24,000 bases of DNA from Tepidanaerobacter sp. GT38 (GTDB lineage Bacteria; Bacillota; Thermosediminibacteria; Thermosediminibacterales; Tepidanaerobacteraceae): positions 52,324 to 76,323 of the forward strand of contig NZ_JAFFJA010000050.1 of the NCBI RefSeq assembly GCF_021991635.1. The letters run 5' to 3'. The position numbers and the translations under genes are program-made. Positions 22,960-24,000 of the stretch are shown piece by piece. A model generated the notes under the pieces. It had not been told where the DNA came from, did no database searches, and was given only the letters and a program-made list of their open reading frames with translations. Position 1 is the first letter of the stretch; every line of letters starts with the position of its first letter.

Positions 22960-24000
22960 TTATTTCATGCTATTTTTAACAGTTTCATATAATCCTTCAG
23001 ACCATATTGAGGTAAAATCGGAAAGTGAATAGAATTCCTCTGCAGCTTTTCTAAACTCTTCTCGATCAACTTCAATAACTTGTACACCTTCAGCCTTAAA
23101 CTTCTCTAAAGTTTCTTTTTCCACATCAAGTACTATGTTATTGTTGTATACACCTGCTTCTTCAGCTGTTTCTATTAACATTTGCTGCTGCTCAGGTGTT
23201 AAAGAGTTGAAAAATTCGGTGCCGCAAACTAAAGTGGTAAAGTTCTTTATGTGCCCGTCCAATGTCAAATATTTAGCTACTTCATGGAATTTTCCATTGT
23301 AAAGCACTGGCAGCGGATTTTCAAGGCCGTCTATTGTTCCTTGCTGCAATGAAGTGTATACTTCTCCTAAAGCCATGCCTACCGGTGCAGCTCCTAAGAC
23401 TTCAAAGCCTTTAATTTGAATTTTATTATTTGGCACGCGGATTTTCATTCCCTTTAAATCACTTGGACTATGTACTGGCTTCGTGGTTAAGGTGTGTCTT
23501 TCTCCATAAATCCAGTTAGAAGCTAAAATCTTCAATCCTTTTTCCTCTAATTTTGCACACTGTTCTTTGTACCAATCGCTTTCTACGAGTTTCCAGCACT
23601 CATCCCATGTTTCAAAAAGATAAGGGGCAAAAACAATTCCAAAATCTGGCACTCCCCTGTCAGCATAGAAGGCTCCGTCAGCCAATGTAACAACAGCGTC
23701 TCCAGCTAACATTTGGTCCATTAAGTCATTCTTTGAACCTAATTGGCTGGAAGGATAAAGTTCCATTTTCATAGTTCCGTTGCTTCTCTCTTCAAGAAGC
23801 CTTTTCCACTCATTCATGCCTAGGTCAAAGGGTTCTCCTGGGTGATTTTCATACCCCACTTTGACAACAACTGGCTCAGGTTCGCTGGCAGTTTCTCCGC
23901 TTTGAGGTCCTCCTTTTCCTTGTTTACCAGTAGAACCGCAAGCCGTCAAAATTGCTAATGTCAGTGCTGCAATAAGTAACAAAGCAATCTTTTTCTTCAT
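22960..24000 (-). CDS. TRAP transporter substrate-binding lipoprotein (DctP family)
   Basis: Lipoprotein signal peptide MKKKIALLLIAALTLAILTAC (lipobox LTAC) is followed by a G/P/E-rich linker. DctP-family core motifs are WIYGERHTLTTKPVHSPSDLKGMKIRVP. The ATG is the last three bases of the window, so its promoter and operator are out of view. Confidence 0.88.
   Translation of the reverse strand: MKKKIALLLIAALTLAILTACGSTGKQGKGGPQSGETASEPEPVVVKVGYENHPGEPFDLGMNEWKRLLEERSNGTMKMELYPSSQLGSKNDLMDQMLAGDAVVTLADGAFYADRGVPDFGIVFAPYLFETWDECWKLVESDWYKEQCAKLEEKGLKILASNWIYGERHTLTTKPVHSPSDLKGMKIRVPNNKIQIKGFEVLGAAPVGMALGEVYTSLQQGTIDGLENPLPVLYNGKFHEVAKYLTLDGHIKNFTTLVCGTEFFNSLTPEQQQMLIETAEEAGVYNNNIVLDVEKETLEKFKAEGVQVIEVDREEFRKAAEEFYSLSDFTSIWSEGLYETVKNSMK

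Noticed and set aside
1-24000. CRISPR arrays, transposases/IS ends, integrases, tRNA/rRNA genes and phage-defence-type genes.
   Set aside because: I saw no repeat-spacer periodicity, no long terminal inverted repeats, and no ORFs with recombinase, nuclease or defence-like motifs. No region is left uncovered that could hold an rRNA gene, and no tRNA-like sequence was seen in the intergenic gaps I read.

Overview
This is a low-GC Firmicutes (Clostridia-like) chromosomal segment made almost entirely of intact genes. I found no rRNA or tRNA genes, CRISPR arrays or mobile elements. On the minus strand, from high to low coordinates, the window holds: (1) a TRAP transporter operon (dctP-dctQ-dctM) followed by a GntR/FadR regulator and a Zn-dependent MDR dehydrogenase; (2) an MFS exporter and a small ferritin-like protein; (3) the conserved housekeeping block of thrS (with a T-box leader), infC-rpmI-rplT (with an L20-type leader), ktrB-ktrA and a TrmH-family RNA methyltransferase; (4) a very AT-rich three-gene module followed by a genuine CUT2-type sugar ABC ATPase and permease, the permease running off the left edge. 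That module consists of a YesN-type response regulator, a sensor-less LytS/YesM-type histidine kinase and a full-length but catalytically dead tandem ABC-ATPase paralog. On the plus strand, an NhaC/MetT-like transporter overlaps by 26 nt a short (788 aa) cobalamin-dependent methionine synthase that lacks the reactivation domain. An orphan ORF follows it. The most interesting candidate is the RR / minimal HK / pseudo-ATPase module at 2248-6344. I interpret it, as inference only, as a transporter-coupled three-component sensing system. Several ORF-track starts (2077, 10699, 15087, 20380, 22398, 9595) look over-extended because the called start lies on or upstream of the gene's own Shine-Dalgarno (SD) sequence. 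I give corrected starts for these.
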